Notes: generated from the letters alone by a model not told the origin. DNA of 64,000 nt from the human T2T-CHM13v2.0 reference genome, Homo sapiens (GCA_009914755.4 CP086569.2:47424001-47488000), one strand, 5' to 3'. Positions 27,459 to 42,900 are shown, counted from the stretch's first letter. Numbers and translations: made by a program.

Positions 27459-30400
27459 GGAAATCACTCGAATAGAATGCAATTTAATAAAATAGGATCA
27501 AATGTAATGGAATGGAATGGAAAGGAATCGAAACGAAAGGAATGGAGACAGATGGAATGGAATGGAACAGAGAGCAATGGTATAGAACGGAATGGAATCA
27601 TCTGGAATGGAATTGAATGGAATGGAATAATATGAAATGGAAAGGAATGAAATGGAATGCCCTTGAATTAAATGGACTACAATGGGAATGGACTCGAACA
27701 GAGTGGAATGGAAAGTGTTGAAATAGAATGGAATTGACTCGTTTGGAATGGTCTAGTATGCAATGCAATCGACTGGCAGGGAATCAAAAGGAATGTAATC
27801 GAGTGGATTGGACTGGAATGCAATGGACTCGAATAGATTGGAAACGGAATGCAAAGGAATGGAATGGAATAGTATGGAATGGAATGGAAAGGAATGGAGT
27901 GGAATAGACTAGAGTGGAATGGAATGGACTCGAAAGCAATGGACTGGAATGGAACTTTCTTGAATGGACTGGAACCAAACGGAATGGAATGCAATGCAAT
28001 CAAATGGCATGGAATAAGATAGAATGAAAGAGAATCAAATGGAATTGAATCGAATGGAATCGAATGGATTGGAAAGGAATAGAATGGAATGGAATGGAAT
28101 TGACTCAAATGGAATGGACTAGAATGGAATGGATTCGAATGGAAGGCAAAGGAATGGAATCTATCGGAATGCACTGTAATGGAATGGAATGGAAGGGATT
28201 GGAATGGATTCGAATGGAATGGACTGCAATAGAAAGGATTCGAATGGAATGAAAAAGAATTGAATGGAATAGAACAGAATGGAATCAAATCGAATGAAAT
28301 GGAATGGAATAGAAAGGAATGGAATGAAATGGAATGGAAAGGATTCGAATGGAATGCAATCGAATGGAATGGAATCGAACGGAATGGAATAAAATGGAAG
28401 AAAACTGGCAAGAAATGGAATCGAAATGAATGGAATGTTTTGGAACGGACTCAAAAGGAATTGAATGTAATAGAATGGAGTGGAGTGGACTCGAATATAA
28501 TGGACTGGAATGGAATGAAATCACATGGAATGGGAACGAATGGAATGGAATGGAAAGGAATGGAATCGAATGGAAAGCAATCGAATGGAAGGGAATGAAA
28601 TTGAATCAACAGGAATGGAAGGGAATAGAATAGACGGTAATGGAATGGACTCGAATAGAATGGACACGAATGCTCAAATTGAATGGACTCGAATGGAATG
28701 GAAACGAAAGGAATGTCATCGAATGGAATTGAATCGATTGGAATGAAATCGCATAGAATGGAGTGGAATCAAATGGAATTGAATCGAAAGAAAAGGAAGC
28801 GAATGGACTGAAATGAAATGGAATGGAATTGAATGGAAAGTAACGCAATGGAATACAATGGAACGAAATTTCACGGAATGGAATCAAACTGAATGGAATC
28901 AAATCAATGGAATCTAATCAAATGGAATGGAAAGGAATTGAATGGAGTAGATTGGATTGGATGGGATTGGAATGAAATGTACTGGAAAGGACTCGAATTT
29001 CATGAAACGGAATGGAATGAATTGGAACGGAATGGACTCGAATGGAATGGAATGTCATGGAATGGTATCAAATGGAATGCCATCAAATGGAATGGAATCG
29101 AATGCAATGGAATGTTATGGAATGGAATGGAATGCATTGGAATGGAGTGTCCTCTAATGGAATGGATTCGAGTGGAATGGAATCGAATATAATGGAGTCG
29201 AATGAAATGGAATTGAAAGGAATGGGATCGAATAGAATGGAATATACTGGAATGTAATGTAATGAACTCGAATGTAATTGACTGGAATGGAATGTACATG
29301 AATGGAATGTAATCGAATGGAAAGTAATCCAATGGAATAGAATCTAATGCAATAAAACCGACTCAGATAGAGTAGAATGTAATGGAATGGAGTGCAGTGC
29401 AATGAAATGGAATGGAATTGAATGCAATGGAATGGAATGGAATGGAATGGAATGGAATGGAATGGAATGGAATTGGATGGAATGGTATGGAATGGATAGT
29501 AATGGACTGGAGTGAAATGGACTGGAAAGGAATGGACTCAAATTGAAAGGTCTCGAAAGGAATGGAGTCAAATGGAATGGTCTGGAATGGAATGAACACG
29601 AATGTAATGCAATCCAATAGAATGGAATCGAATGGCATGGAATATAAAGAAATGGAATCGAAGAGAATGGAAACAAATGGAATGGAATTGAATGGAATGG
29701 AATTGAATGGAATGGGAACGAATGGAGTGAAATTGTATGCAGTAGAAGGGAATAGAATGGAATGCAAGCGAAAGGAAAGGAATGGATTGGAATGGAATGG
29801 AATTCATTGGAATGGAAGGGAATGTAGTGTAATGGACAGGCCTGGAATAAAGTGGAATGCTACGGTCTCGAATGGAATAAAAATGTATGGAATGGAATGC
29901 AATGAAACGGAATCGAATGTCATAGAATGTAATGGAATGCAAAAAAATGGAATCCAAAATCATTGACTGGAAAGGCTGGGTGTCGAAAGGAATTGACTCC
30001 AATGGAATGGAATCGAATGGAATGGAAGTGAATAGAATCGAACTAAATCGAATGGAATGGAATTGATAGGAACGGAATGGAAAGGAATGCAATGATTTGG
30101 CATGGAATGGAATCGAATGGCATCGAATGGAATGGAATGGAATGCAATGGAATGGAATGTATTAGAATGGAATGAACTTTAATGGAATGTACTCGAATGG
30201 ATTCGACTGGAATGGAATGTTCTGGAAGTGAATGGACTCCAATGGAATGGATTCAAAAGGAATGGAATCGTACGGAATGGAATCTAATGGAATGGAATTA
30301 AATGGAAATGAATCAAATTGAATAGCACGGAATTGAATTGAATGGAATGGAATGCAATGGAATCTAATGAAACGGAAAGGAAAGGAATGGAATGGAATGG

Positions 30401-31043
30401 AATGGAATGGGCTGGAATGGAAAGGAATCGAAACGAATGGAATGGAATCGAACTGAAGAGACTGGAATGGAATGCACTGGAATGGAAGGGAGTGTAATGG
30501 AAGGTTCTCGAAAAAAATGGAATCGAATGGAATGGAATTGAATGGAACGGAATAGAGTCGAATGGAATTGAATGGAATGGAATGGACTAGAGTGAAATGG
30601 AATCGAACCACAAGGAATGGACAGGAATAGAATGGTCTCGAATTGAATGGAATCGTATGGAATGGCATCAAACGGAATGGAATGGACAGCCACGGAATGG
30701 AATGCACTCGAATGCAATGGAGTCGAAACTAACGGACTGGAATAGAATGGACTCGATTGGTACGGACTCCAATGGAATGGAATCGAATGGAAGGGAATCG
30801 AACGGAAGGGAATCGAACGGAATGGACTCGAAGGGAAAAGACTGCAATGGAAAGGTCTCGAATGGAATGGAAATTAATGGAATGGAATGGAATCGAATGA
30901 AATGGAGTCAAAAGGAATGGAATCGAATGGCAAGAAATCGAATGTAATGGAATCGCAAGGAATTGATGTGAACGGAACGGAATGGAATGGAATCCAAAGG
31001 AATGGAATAGAATGGAATGGAATCGAATGGAAAGGACTCGAAT
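27459..31043 (+). repeat. HOR unit U9 (3585 bp), same subtype as U11
   Basis: Anchor spacing. Private variants GGACTACAATGGGAATGG, GTTGAAATAG, GAATTGACTCGTTTGG, GGAACCAAACGG, AATAAGATAG and AATCTAATCAAATGG are all shared with U11. Confidence 0.85.
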
Positions 31044-33714
31044 GGAAATCACTCGAATAGAATGCAATTTAATAAAATAGGATCAAATGTAATAGAATGG
31101 AATGGAAAGGAATCGAAACGGAAGGAATGGAGACAGATGGAATGGAATGGAACAGAGAGCAATGGTATAGAATGGAATGGAATCATCTGGAATGGAATTG
31201 AATGGAATGGAATAATATGAAATGGAATGGAATGGAATGGAATGGAATGCCCTTGAATTAAATGGACTGGACTCGAACAGAGTGGAATGGAAAGTGTTGA
31301 GATAGATTGGAATGGACTCCTTTGGAATGGTCTAGTATGCAATGCAATCGACTGGCAGGGAATCAAAAGGAATGTAATCGAATGGATTGGACTGGAATGC
31401 AATGGACTCGAATAGATTGGAAACGGAATGCAAAGGAATGGAATGGAATAGTATGGAATGCAATGGAAGGGAATGGAGTGGAATAGACTAGAGTGGAATG
31501 GAATGGACTGGAAAGCAATGGACTGGAATGGAACTTTCTTGGATGGATGGGAATCAAACGGAATGGAATGCAATGCAATCAAATGGCATGGAATAAAATA
31601 GAATGAAAGAGAATCAAATGGAATTGAATCGAATGGAATCGAATGGATTGGAAAGGAATAGAATGGAATGGAATGGAATTGACTCAAATGGAATGGACTA
31701 GAATGGAATGGATTCGAATGGAATGGAATGTCATGGAATGGCATCAAATGGAATGGCATCAAATGGAATGGAATCGAATGCAATGGAATGCTATGGAATG
31801 GAATGGAATGCATTGGAATGGAATGTCCTCTAATGGAATGGATTCGAGTGGAATGGAATTGAATATAATGGAGTCGAATGAAATGGAATTGAAAGGAATG
31901 GGATCGAATACAATGTAATATACTGGAATGTAACGTAATGAACTCGAATGTAATTGACTGGAATGGAATGTACATGAATGGAATGTAATCGAATGGAAAG
32001 TAATCCAATGGAATAGAATCTAATGCAATAAAATCGACTCAGATAGAGTAGAATGTAATGGAATGGAGTGCAGTGCAATGGAATGGAATGGAATGGAATG
32101 CAATGGAATGGAATGGAATGGAATGGAATGGAATGGAATGGAATGGAATGGGATGGAATGGTATGGAATGGATAGTAATGGACTGGAGTGAAATGGACTG
32201 GAAAGGAATGGACTCAAATTGAAAGGGCTCGAAAGGAATGGAGTCAAATGGAATGGTCTGGAATGGAATGAACACGAATGTAATGCAATCCAATAGAATG
32301 GAATCGAATGGCATGGAATATAAAGAAATGGAATCGAAGAGAATGGAAACAAATGGAATGGAATTGAATGGAATGGAATTGAATGGAATGTGAACGAATG
32401 GAGTGAAATTGTATGCAGTAGAAGAGAATAGAATGGAATGCAAGCGAAAGGAAAGGAATGGATTGGAATGGAATGGAATTCATTGGAATGGAAGGGAATG
32501 TAGTGTAATGGACAGGCCTGGAATAAAGTGGAATGCTACGGTCTCGAATGGAATAAAAATGTATGGAATGGAATGCAATGAAACGGAATCGAATGTCATA
32601 GAATGTAATGGAATGCAAAAAAATGGAATCCAAAATCATTGACTGGAAAGGCTGGGTGTCGAAAGGAATTGACTCCAATGGAATGGAATCGAATGGAATG
32701 GAAGTGAATAGAATCGAACTAAATCGTATGGAATGGAATTGATAGGAACGGAATGGAAAGGAATGCAATGATTTGGCATGGAATGGAATCGAATGGCATC
32801 GAATGGAATGGAATGGAATGCAATGGAATGGAATGTATTAGAATGGAATGAACTTTAATGGAATGTACTCGAATGGATTCGACTGGAATGGAATGTTCTG
32901 GAAGTGAATGGACTCCAATGGAATGGATTCAAAAGGAATGGAATCGTACGGAATGGAATCTAATGGAATGGAATTAAATGGAAATGAATCAAATTGAATA
33001 GCACGGAATTGAATTGAATGGAATGGAATGCAATGGAATCTAATGAAACGGAAAGGAAAGGAATGGAATGGAATGGAATGGGCTGGAATGGAAAGGAATC
33101 GAAACGAATGGAATGGAATCGAACTGAAGAGACTGGAATGGAATGCACTGGAATGGAAGGGAGTGTAATGGAAGGTTCTCGAAAAAAATGGAATCGAATG
33201 GAATGCAATTGAATGGAACGGAGTAGAGCCGAATGCAATTGAATGGAATGGAATGGACTAGAGTGAAATGGAATCGAACCACAAGGAATGGACAGGAATA
33301 GAATGGTCTCGAATTGAATGGAATCGTATGGAATGGCATCAAACGGAATGGAATGGACAGCCACGGAATGGAATGCACTCGAATGCAATGGAGTCGAATC
33401 TAATGGACAGGAATAGAATGGACGCGACTGGTACGGACTCCAATGGAATGGAATCGAATGGAAGGGAATCGAACGGAAGGGAATCGAATGGAATGGACTC
33501 GAAGGGAAAAGACTGTAATGGAAAGGTCTCGAATGGAATGGAAATTAATGGAATGGAATGGAATCGAATGAAATGGAGGCAAAAGGAATGGAATCGAATG
33601 GCAAGAAATCGAATGTAATGGAATCGCAAGGAATTGATGTGAACGGAACGGAATGGAATGGAATCCAAAGGAATGGAATAGAATGGAATGGAATCGAATG
33701 GAAAGGACTCGAAT
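31044..33714 (+). repeat. HOR unit U10 (2671 bp). Deletion variant A, same junction as U1
   Basis: Anchor spacing. GGATTCGAATGGAATGGAATGTCATGGAATGGCATC at ~31711-31745 reproduces the U1 junction. The 319-aa artefactual minus-strand ORFs 7..966 and 31049..32008 are almost identical. Confidence 0.85.
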
Positions 33715-36700
33715 GGAAATCACTCGAATAGAATGCAATTTAATAAAATAGGATCAAATGTAATGGAATGGAATGGAAAGGAATCGAAACGAAAGGAATG
33801 GAGACAGATGGAATGGAATGGAACAGAGAGCAATGGTATAGAACGGAATGGAATCATCTGGAATGGAATTGAATGGAATGGAATAATATGAAATGGAAAG
33901 GAATGAAATGGAATGCCCTTGAATTAAATGGACTACAATGGGAATGGACTCGAACAGAGTGGAATGGAAAGTGTTGAAATAGAATGGAATTGACTCGTTT
34001 GGAATGGTCTAGTATGTAATGCAATCGACTGGCAGGGAATCAAAAGGAATGTAATCGAGTGGATTGGACTGGAATGCAATGGACTCGAATAGATTGGAAA
34101 CGGAATGCAAAGGAATGGAATGGAATAGTATGGAATGGAATGGAAAGGAATGGAGTGGAATAGACTAGAGTGGAATGGAATGGACTCGAAAGCAATGGAC
34201 TGGAATGGAACTTTCTTGAATGGACTGGAACCAAACGGAATGGAATGCAATGCAATCAAATGGCATGGAATAAGATAGAATGAAAGAGAATCAAATGGAA
34301 TTGAATCGAATGGAATCGAATGGATTGGAAAGGAATAGAATGGAATGGAATGGAATTGACTCAAATGGAATGGACTAGAATGGAATGGATTCGAATGGAA
34401 GGCAAAGGAATGGAATCTATCGGAATGCACTGTAATGGAATGGAATGGAAGGGATTGGAATGGATTCGAATGGAATGGACTGCAATAGAAAGGATTCGAA
34501 TGGAATGAAAAAGAATTGAATGGAATAGAACAGAATGGAATCAAATCGAATGAAATGGAATGGAATAGAAAGGAATGGAATGAAATGGAATGGAAAGGAT
34601 TCGAATGGAATGCAATCGAATGGAATGGAATCGAACGGAATGGAATAAAATGGAAGAAAACTGGCAAGAAATGGAATCGAAATGAATGGAGTGTTTTGGA
34701 ACGGACTCAAAAGGAATTGAATGTAATAGAATGGAGTGGAGTGGACTCGAATATAATGGACTGGAATGGAATGAAATCACATGGAATGGGAACGAATGGA
34801 ATGGAATGGAAAGGAATGGAATCGAATGGAAAGCAATCGAATGGAAGGGAATGAAATTGAATCAACAGGAATGGAAGGGAATAGAATAGACTGTAATGGA
34901 ATGGACTCGAATAGAATGGACACGAATGCTCAAATTGAATGGACTCGAATGGAATGGAAACGAAAGGAATGTCATCGAATGGAATTGAATCGATTGGAAT
35001 GAAATCGCATAGAATGGAGTGGAATCAAATGGAATTGAATCGAAAGGAAAGGAAGCGAATGGACTGAAATGAAATGGAATGGAATTGAATGGAAAGTAAT
35101 GCAATGGAATAGAATGGAACGAAATTTCACGGAATGGAATCAAACTGAATGGAATCAAATCAATGGAATCTAATCAAATGGAATGGAAAGGAATTGAATG
35201 GAGTAGATTGGATTGGATGGGATTGGAATGAAATGTACTGGAAAGGACTCGAATTTCATGAAACGGAATGGAATGAATTGGAACGGAATGGACTCGAATG
35301 GAATGGAATGTCATGGAATGGTATCAAATGGAATGCCATCAAATGGAATGGAATCGAATGCAATGGAATGTTATGGAATGGAATGGAATGCATTGGAATG
35401 GAATGTCCTCTAATGGAATGGATTCGAGTGGAATGGAATCGAATATAATGGAGTCGAATGAAATGGAATTGAAAGGAATGGGATCGAATAGAATGGAATA
35501 TACTGGAATGTAATGTAATGAACTCGAATGTAATTGACTGGAATGGAATGTACATGAATGGAATGTAATCGAATGGAAAGTAATCCAATGGAATAGAATC
35601 TAATGCAATAAAACCGACTCAGATAGAGTAGAATGTAATGGAATGGAGTGCAGTGCAATGAAATGGAATGGAATTGAATGCAATGGAATGGAATGGAATG
35701 GAATGGAATGGAATGGAATGGAATTGGATGGAATGGTATGGAATGGATAGTAATGGACTGGAGTGAAATGGACTGGAAAGGAATGGACTCAAATTGAAAG
35801 GTCTCGAAAGGAATGGAGTCAAATGGAATGGTCTGGAATGGAATGAACACGAATGTAATGCAATCCAATAGAATGGAATCGAATGGCATGGAATATAAAG
35901 AAATGGAATCGAAGAGAATGGAAACAAATGGAATGGAATTGAATGGAATGGAATTGAATGGAATGGGAACGAATGGAGTGAAATTGTATGCAGTAGAAGG
36001 GAATAGAATGGAATGCAAGCGAAAGGAAAGGAATGGATTGGAATGGAATGGAATTCATTGGAATGGAAGGGAATGTAGTGTAATGGACAGGCCTGGAATA
36101 AAGTGGAATGCTACGGTCTCGAATGGAATAAAAATGTATGGAATGGAATGCAATGAAACGGAATCGAATGTCATAGAATGTAATGGAATGCAACAAAATG
36201 GAATCCAAAATCATTGACTGGAAAGGCTGGGTGTCGAAAGGAATTGACTCCAATGGAATGGAATCGAATGGAATGGAAGTGAATAGAATCGAACTAAATC
36301 GAATGGAATGGAATTGATAGGAACGGAATGGAAAGGAATGCAATGATTTGGCATGGAATGGAATCGAATGGCATCGAATGGAATGGAATGGAATGCAATG
36401 GAATGGAATGTATTAGAATGTAATGAACTTTAATGGAATGTACTCGAATGGATTCGACTGGAATGGAATGTTCTGGAAGTGAATGGACTCCAATGGAATG
36501 GATTCAAAAGGAATGGAATCGTACGGAATGGAATCTAATGGAATGGAATTAAATGGAAATGAATCAAATTGAATAGCACGGAATTGAATTGAATGGAATG
36601 GAATGCAATGGAATCTAATGAAACGGAAAGGAAAGGAATGGAATGGAATGGAATGGACTGGAATGGAAAGGAATCGAAACGAATGGAATGGAATCGAACT

Positions 36701-37274
36701 GAAGAGACAGGAATGGAATGCACTGGAATGGAAGGGAGTGTAATGGAAGGTTCTCGAAAAAAATGGAATCGAATGGAATGGAATTGAATGGAACGGAATA
36801 GAGTCGAATGGAATTGAATGGAATGGAATGGACTAGAGTGAAATGGAATCGAACCACAAGGAATGGACAGGAATAGAATGGTCTCGAATTGAATGGAATC
36901 GTATGGAATGGCATCAAACGGAATGGAATGGACAGCCACGGAATGGAATGCACTCGAATGCAATGGAGTCGAAACTAATGGACTGGAATAGAATGGACTC
37001 GACTGGTACGGACTCCAATGGAATGGAATCGAATGGAAGGGAATCGAAAGGAATGGACTCGAAGGGAAAAGACTGCAATGGAAAGGTCTCGAATGGAATG
37101 GAAATTAATGGAATGGAATGGAATCGAATGAAATGGAGTCAAAAGGAATGGAATCGAATGGCAAGAAATCGAATGTAATGGAATCGCAAGGAATTGATGT
37201 GAACGGAACGGAATGGAATGGAATCCAAAGGAATGGAATAGAATGGAATGGAATCGAATGGAAAGGACTCGAAT
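33715..37274 (+). repeat. HOR unit U11 (3560 bp), copy of the U9 subtype
   Basis: Anchor spacing. See the shared variants listed for U9. Confidence 0.85.
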
Positions 37275-39958
37275 GGAAATCACTCGAATAGAATGCAATT
37301 TAATAAAATAGGATCAAATGTAATGGAATGGAATGGAAAGGAATCGAAACGAAAGGAATGGAGACAGATGGAATGGAATGGAACAGAGAGCAATGGTATA
37401 GAATGGAATGGAATCATCTGGAATGGAATTGAATGGAATGGAATAATATGAAATGGAATGGAATGGAATGGAATGGAATGCCCTTGAATTAAATGGACTG
37501 GAATGGAATGGACTCGAACAGAGTGGAATGGAAAGTGTTGAGATAGAATGGAATGGACTCCTTTGGAATGGTGTACTATGCAATGCAATCGACTGGCAGG
37601 GAATCAAAAGGAATGTAATCGAATGGATTGGACTGGAATGCAATGGACTCGAATAGATTGCAAACGGAATGCAAAGGAATGGAATGGAATAGTATGGAAT
37701 GGAATGGAAAGGAATGGAGTGGAATAGACTAGAGTGGAATGGAATGGACTGGAAAGCAATGGACTGGAATGGAACTTTCTTGAATGGACTGGAATCAAAC
37801 GGAATGGAATGCAATGCAATCAAAAGGCATGGAATAAAATAGAATGAAAGAGAATCAAATGGAATTGAATCGAATGGAATCGAATGGATTGGAAAGGAAT
37901 AGAATGGAATGGAATGGAATGGACTAGAATGGAATGGATTCGAATGGAAGGCAAAGGAATGGAATCTATTGGAATGGACTGTAATGGAATGGAATGGAAG
38001 GGATTGGAATGGACTCGAATGGAATTGACTGCAATAGATAGGATTCGAATGGAATGAAAAAGAATTGAATGGAATAGAACAGAATGGAATCAAATCGAAT
38101 GAAATGGAATGGAATAGAAAGGAATGGAATGAAATGGAATGGAAAGGATTCGAATGGAATGCAATCGAATGGAATGGAATCGAACGGAATGGAATAAAAT
38201 GGAAGAAAACTGGCAAGAAAGGGAATCGATATGAATGGAGTGTTATGGAACGGACTCAAAAGGAATTGAATGTAATAGAATGGAGTGGAGTGGACTCGAA
38301 TATAATGGACTGGAATGGAATGAAATCACATGGAATGGGAACGAATGGAATGGAATGGAAAGGAATGGAATCGAATGGAAAGGAATCGAATGGAAGGGAA
38401 TGAAATTGAATCAACAGGAATGGAAGGGAATAGAATAGACGGTAATGGAATGGACTCGAATAGAATGGACACGAATGCTCAAATTGAATGGACTCGAATG
38501 GAATGGAAACGAAAGGAATGTCATCGAATGGAATTGAATCGATTGGAATGAAATCGCATAGAATGGAGTGGAATCAAATGGAATTGAATCGAAAGGAAAG
38601 GAAACGAATGGACTGAAATGAAATGGAATGGAATTGAATGGAAAGTAATGCAATGGAATAGAATGGAACGAAATTTCACGGAATGGAATCAAACTGAATG
38701 GAATCAAATCAATGGAATCCAATCAAATGGAATGGAGTAGATTGGATTGGATGGGATTGGAATGAAATGTACTGGAAAGGACTCGAATTTCATGAAACGG
38801 AATGGAATGAATTGGAACGGAATGGACTCGAATGGAATGGAATGTCATAGAATGGCATCAAATGGAATGGCATCAAATGGAATGGAATCGAATGCAATGG
38901 AATGCTATGGAATGGAATGGAATGCATTGGAATGGAATGTCCTCTAATGGAATGGATTCGAGTGGAATGGAATCGAATATAATGGAGTCGAATGAAATGG
39001 AATTGAAAGGAATGGGATCGAATACAATGGAATATACTGGAATGTAATGTAATGAACTGGAATGTAATTGACTGGAATGGAATGTACATGAATGGAATGT
39101 AATCGAATGGAAAGTAATCCAATGGAATAGAATCTAATGCAATAAAATCGACTCAGATAGAGTAGAATGTAATGGAATGGAGTGCAGTGCAATGGAATGG
39201 AATGGAATGGAATGCAATGGAATGGAATGGAATGGAATGGAATGGAATGGAATGGAATGGAATGGAATGGGATGGAATGGTATGGAATGGATAGTAATGG
39301 ACTGGAGTGAAATGGACTGGAAAGGAATGGACTCAAATTGAAAGGGCTCGAAAGGAATGGAGTCAAATGGAATGGTCTGGAATGGAATGAACACGAATGT
39401 AATGCAATCCAATAGAATGGAATCGAATGGCATGGAATATAAAGAAATGGAATCGGAGAGAATGGAAACAAATGGAATGGAAATGAATGGAATGGAATTG
39501 AATGGAATGGGAACGAATGGAGTGAAATTGTATGCAGTAGAAGGGAATAGAATGGAATGCAAGCGAAAGGAAAGGAATGGATTGGAATGGAATGGAATTC
39601 ATTGGAATGGAAGGGAATGTAGTGTAATGGACAGGCCTGGAATAAAGTGGAATGCTACGGTCTCGAATGGAATAAAAATGTATGGAATGGAATGCAATGA
39701 AATGGAATCGAATGTCATAGAATATAATGGAATGCAAAAAAATGGAATCCAATATCATTGACTGGAAAGGCTGGGTGTCGAAAGGAATTGACTCCAATGG
39801 AATGGAATCGAATGGAATGGAGTCAAAAGGAATGGAATCGAATGGCAAGAAATCGAATTTAATGGAATCGCAAGGAATTGATGTGAACGGAACGGAATGG
39901 AATGGAATCCAAAGGAATGGAATAGAATGGAATGGAATCGAATGGAAAGGACTCGAAT
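37275..39958 (+). repeat. HOR unit U12 (2684 bp). Deletion variant B: about 0.885 kb missing from the 3' part of the unit, otherwise U2 subtype
   Basis: Anchor spacing. After GACTCCAATGGAATGGAATCGAATGGAATGG (~39791-39820) the sequence continues AGTCAAAAGGAATGGAATCGAATGGCAAGAAATCG, which in canonical units is about 885 bp downstream (compare 15812 to ~16697 in U5). Confidence 0.85.
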
Positions 39959-42900
39959 GGAAATCACTCGAATAGAATGCAATTTAATAAAATAGGATCA
40001 AATGTAATATAATGGAATGGAAAGGAATCGAAACGGAAGGAATGGAGACAGGTGGAATGGAATGGAACAGAGAGCAATGGTATAGAATGGAATGGAATCA
40101 TCTGGAATGGAATTGAATGGAATGGAATAATATGAAATGGAATGGAATGGAATGGAATGGAATGCCCTTGAATTAAATGGACTGGACTCGAACAGAGTGG
40201 AATGGAAAGTGTTGAGATAGAATGGAATGGACTCCTTTGGAATGGTGTAGTATGCAATGCAATCGACTGGCAGGGAATCAAAAGGAATGTAATCGAATGG
40301 ATTGGACTGGAATGCAATGGACTCGAATAGATTGGAAACGGAATGCAAAGGAATGGAATGGAATAGTATGGAATGCAATGGAAGGGAATGGAGTGGAATA
40401 GACTAGAGTGGAATGGAATGGACTGGAAAGCAATGGACTGGAATGGAACTTTCTTGGATGGATTGGAATCAAACGGAATGGAATGCAATGCAATCAAATG
40501 GCATGGAATAAAATAGAATGAAAGAGAATCAAATGGAATTGAATTGAATGGAATCGAATGGATTGGAAAGGAATAGAATGGAATGGAATGGAATTGACTC
40601 AAATGGAATGGACTAGAATGGAATGGATTCGAATGGAAGGCAAAGGAATGGAATCTATTGGAATGGACTGTAATGGAATGGAATGGAAGGGATTGGAATG
40701 GACTCGAATGGAATGGACTGCAATAGAAAGGATTCGAATGGAATGAAAAAGAATTGAATGGAATAGAACAGAATGGAATCAAATCGAATGAAATGGAATG
40801 GAATAGAAAGGAATGGAATGAAATGGAATGGAAAGGATTCGAATGGAATGCAATCGAATGGAATGGAATCGAACGGAATGGAATAAAATGGAAGAAAACT
40901 GGCAAGAAATGGAATCGAAATGAATGGAGTGTTATGGAACGGACTCAAAAGGAATTGAATGTAATAGAATGGAGTGGAGTGGACTCGAATATAATGGACT
41001 GGAATGGAATGAAATCACATGGAATGGGAACGAATGGAATGGAATGGAAAGGAATGGAATCGAATGGAAAGGAATCGAATGGAAGGGAATGAAATTGAAT
41101 CAACACGAATGGAAGGGAATAGAATAGACTGTAATGGAATGGACTCGAATAGAATGGACACGAATGCTCAAATTAAATGGACTCGAATGGAATGGAAACG
41201 AAAGGAATGTCATCGAATGGAATTGAATCGATTGGAATGAAATCGCATAGAATGGAGTGGAATCAAATGGAATTGAATCGAAAGGAAAGGAAGCGAATGG
41301 ACTGAAATGAAATGGAACGGAATTGAATGGAAAGTAATGCAATGGAATAGAATGGAACGAAATTTCACGGAATGGAATCAAACTGAATGGAATCAAATCA
41401 ATGGAATCAAATCAAATGGAATGGAAAGGAATTGAATGGAGTAGATGGGATTGGATGGGATTGGAATGAAATGTACTGGAAAGGACTCGAATTTCATGAA
41501 ACGGAATGGAATGAATTGGAACGGAATGGACTCGAATGGAATGGAATGTCATGGGATGGCATCAAATGGAATGGCATCAAATGGAATGGAATCGAATGCA
41601 ATGGAATGCTATGGAATGGAATGGAATGCATTGGAATGGAATGTCCTCTAATGGAATGGATTCGAGTGGAATGGAATGGAATATAATGGAGTCGAATGAA
41701 ATGGAATTGAAAGGAATGGGATCGAATACAATGGAATATACTGGAATGTAACGTAATGAACGCGAATGTAATTGACTGGAATGGAATGTACATGAATGGA
41801 ATGTAATCGAATGGAAAGTAATCCAATGGAATAGAATCTAATGCAATAAAATCGACTCAGATAGAGTAGAATGTAATGGAATGGAGTGCAGTGCAATGGA
41901 ATGGAATGGAATGGAATGCAATGGAATGGAATGGAATGGAATGGAATGGAATGGAATGGAATGGAATGGAATGGGATGGAATGGTATGGAATGGATAGTA
42001 ATGGACTGGAGTGAAATGGACTGGAAAGGAATGGACTCAAATTGAAAGGGCTCGAAAGGAATGGAGTCAAATGGAATGGTCTGGAATGGAATGAACACGA
42101 ATGTAATGCAACCCAATAGAATGGAATCGAATGGCATGGAATATAAAGAAATGGAATCGAAGAGAATGGAAACAAATGGAATGGAATTGAATGGAATGGA
42201 ATTGAATGGAATGGGAACGAATGGAGTGAAATTGTATGCAGTAGAAGAGAATAGAATGGAATGCAAGCGAAAGGAAAGGAATGGATTGGAATGGAATGGA
42301 ATTCATTGGAATGGAAGGGAATGTAGTGTAATGGACAGGCCTGGAATAAAGTGGAATGCTACGGTCTCGAATGGAATAAAAATGTATGGAATGGAATGCA
42401 ATGAAACGGAATCGAATGTCATAGAATGTAATGGAATGCAAAAAAAAGGAATCCAAAATCATTGACTGGAAAGGCTGGGTGTCGAAAGGAATTGACTCCA
42501 ATGGAATGGAATCGAATGGAATGGAAGTGAATAGAATCGAACTAAATCGAATGGAATGGAATTGATAGGAACGGAATGGAAAGGAATGCAATGATTTGGC
42601 ATGGAATGGAATCGAATGGCATCGAATGGAATGGAATGGATTGCAATGGAATGGAATGTATTAGAATGTAATGAACTTTAATGGAATGTACTCGAATGGA
42701 TTCGACTGGAATGGAATGTTCTGGAAGTGAATGGACTCCAATGGAATGGATTCAAAAGGAATGGAATCGTACGGAATGGAATCTAATGGAATGGAATTAA
42801 ATGGAAATGAATCAAATTGAATAGCACGGAATTGAATTGAATGGAATGGAATGCAATGGAATCTAATGAAACGGAAAGGAAAGGAATGGAATGGAATGGA

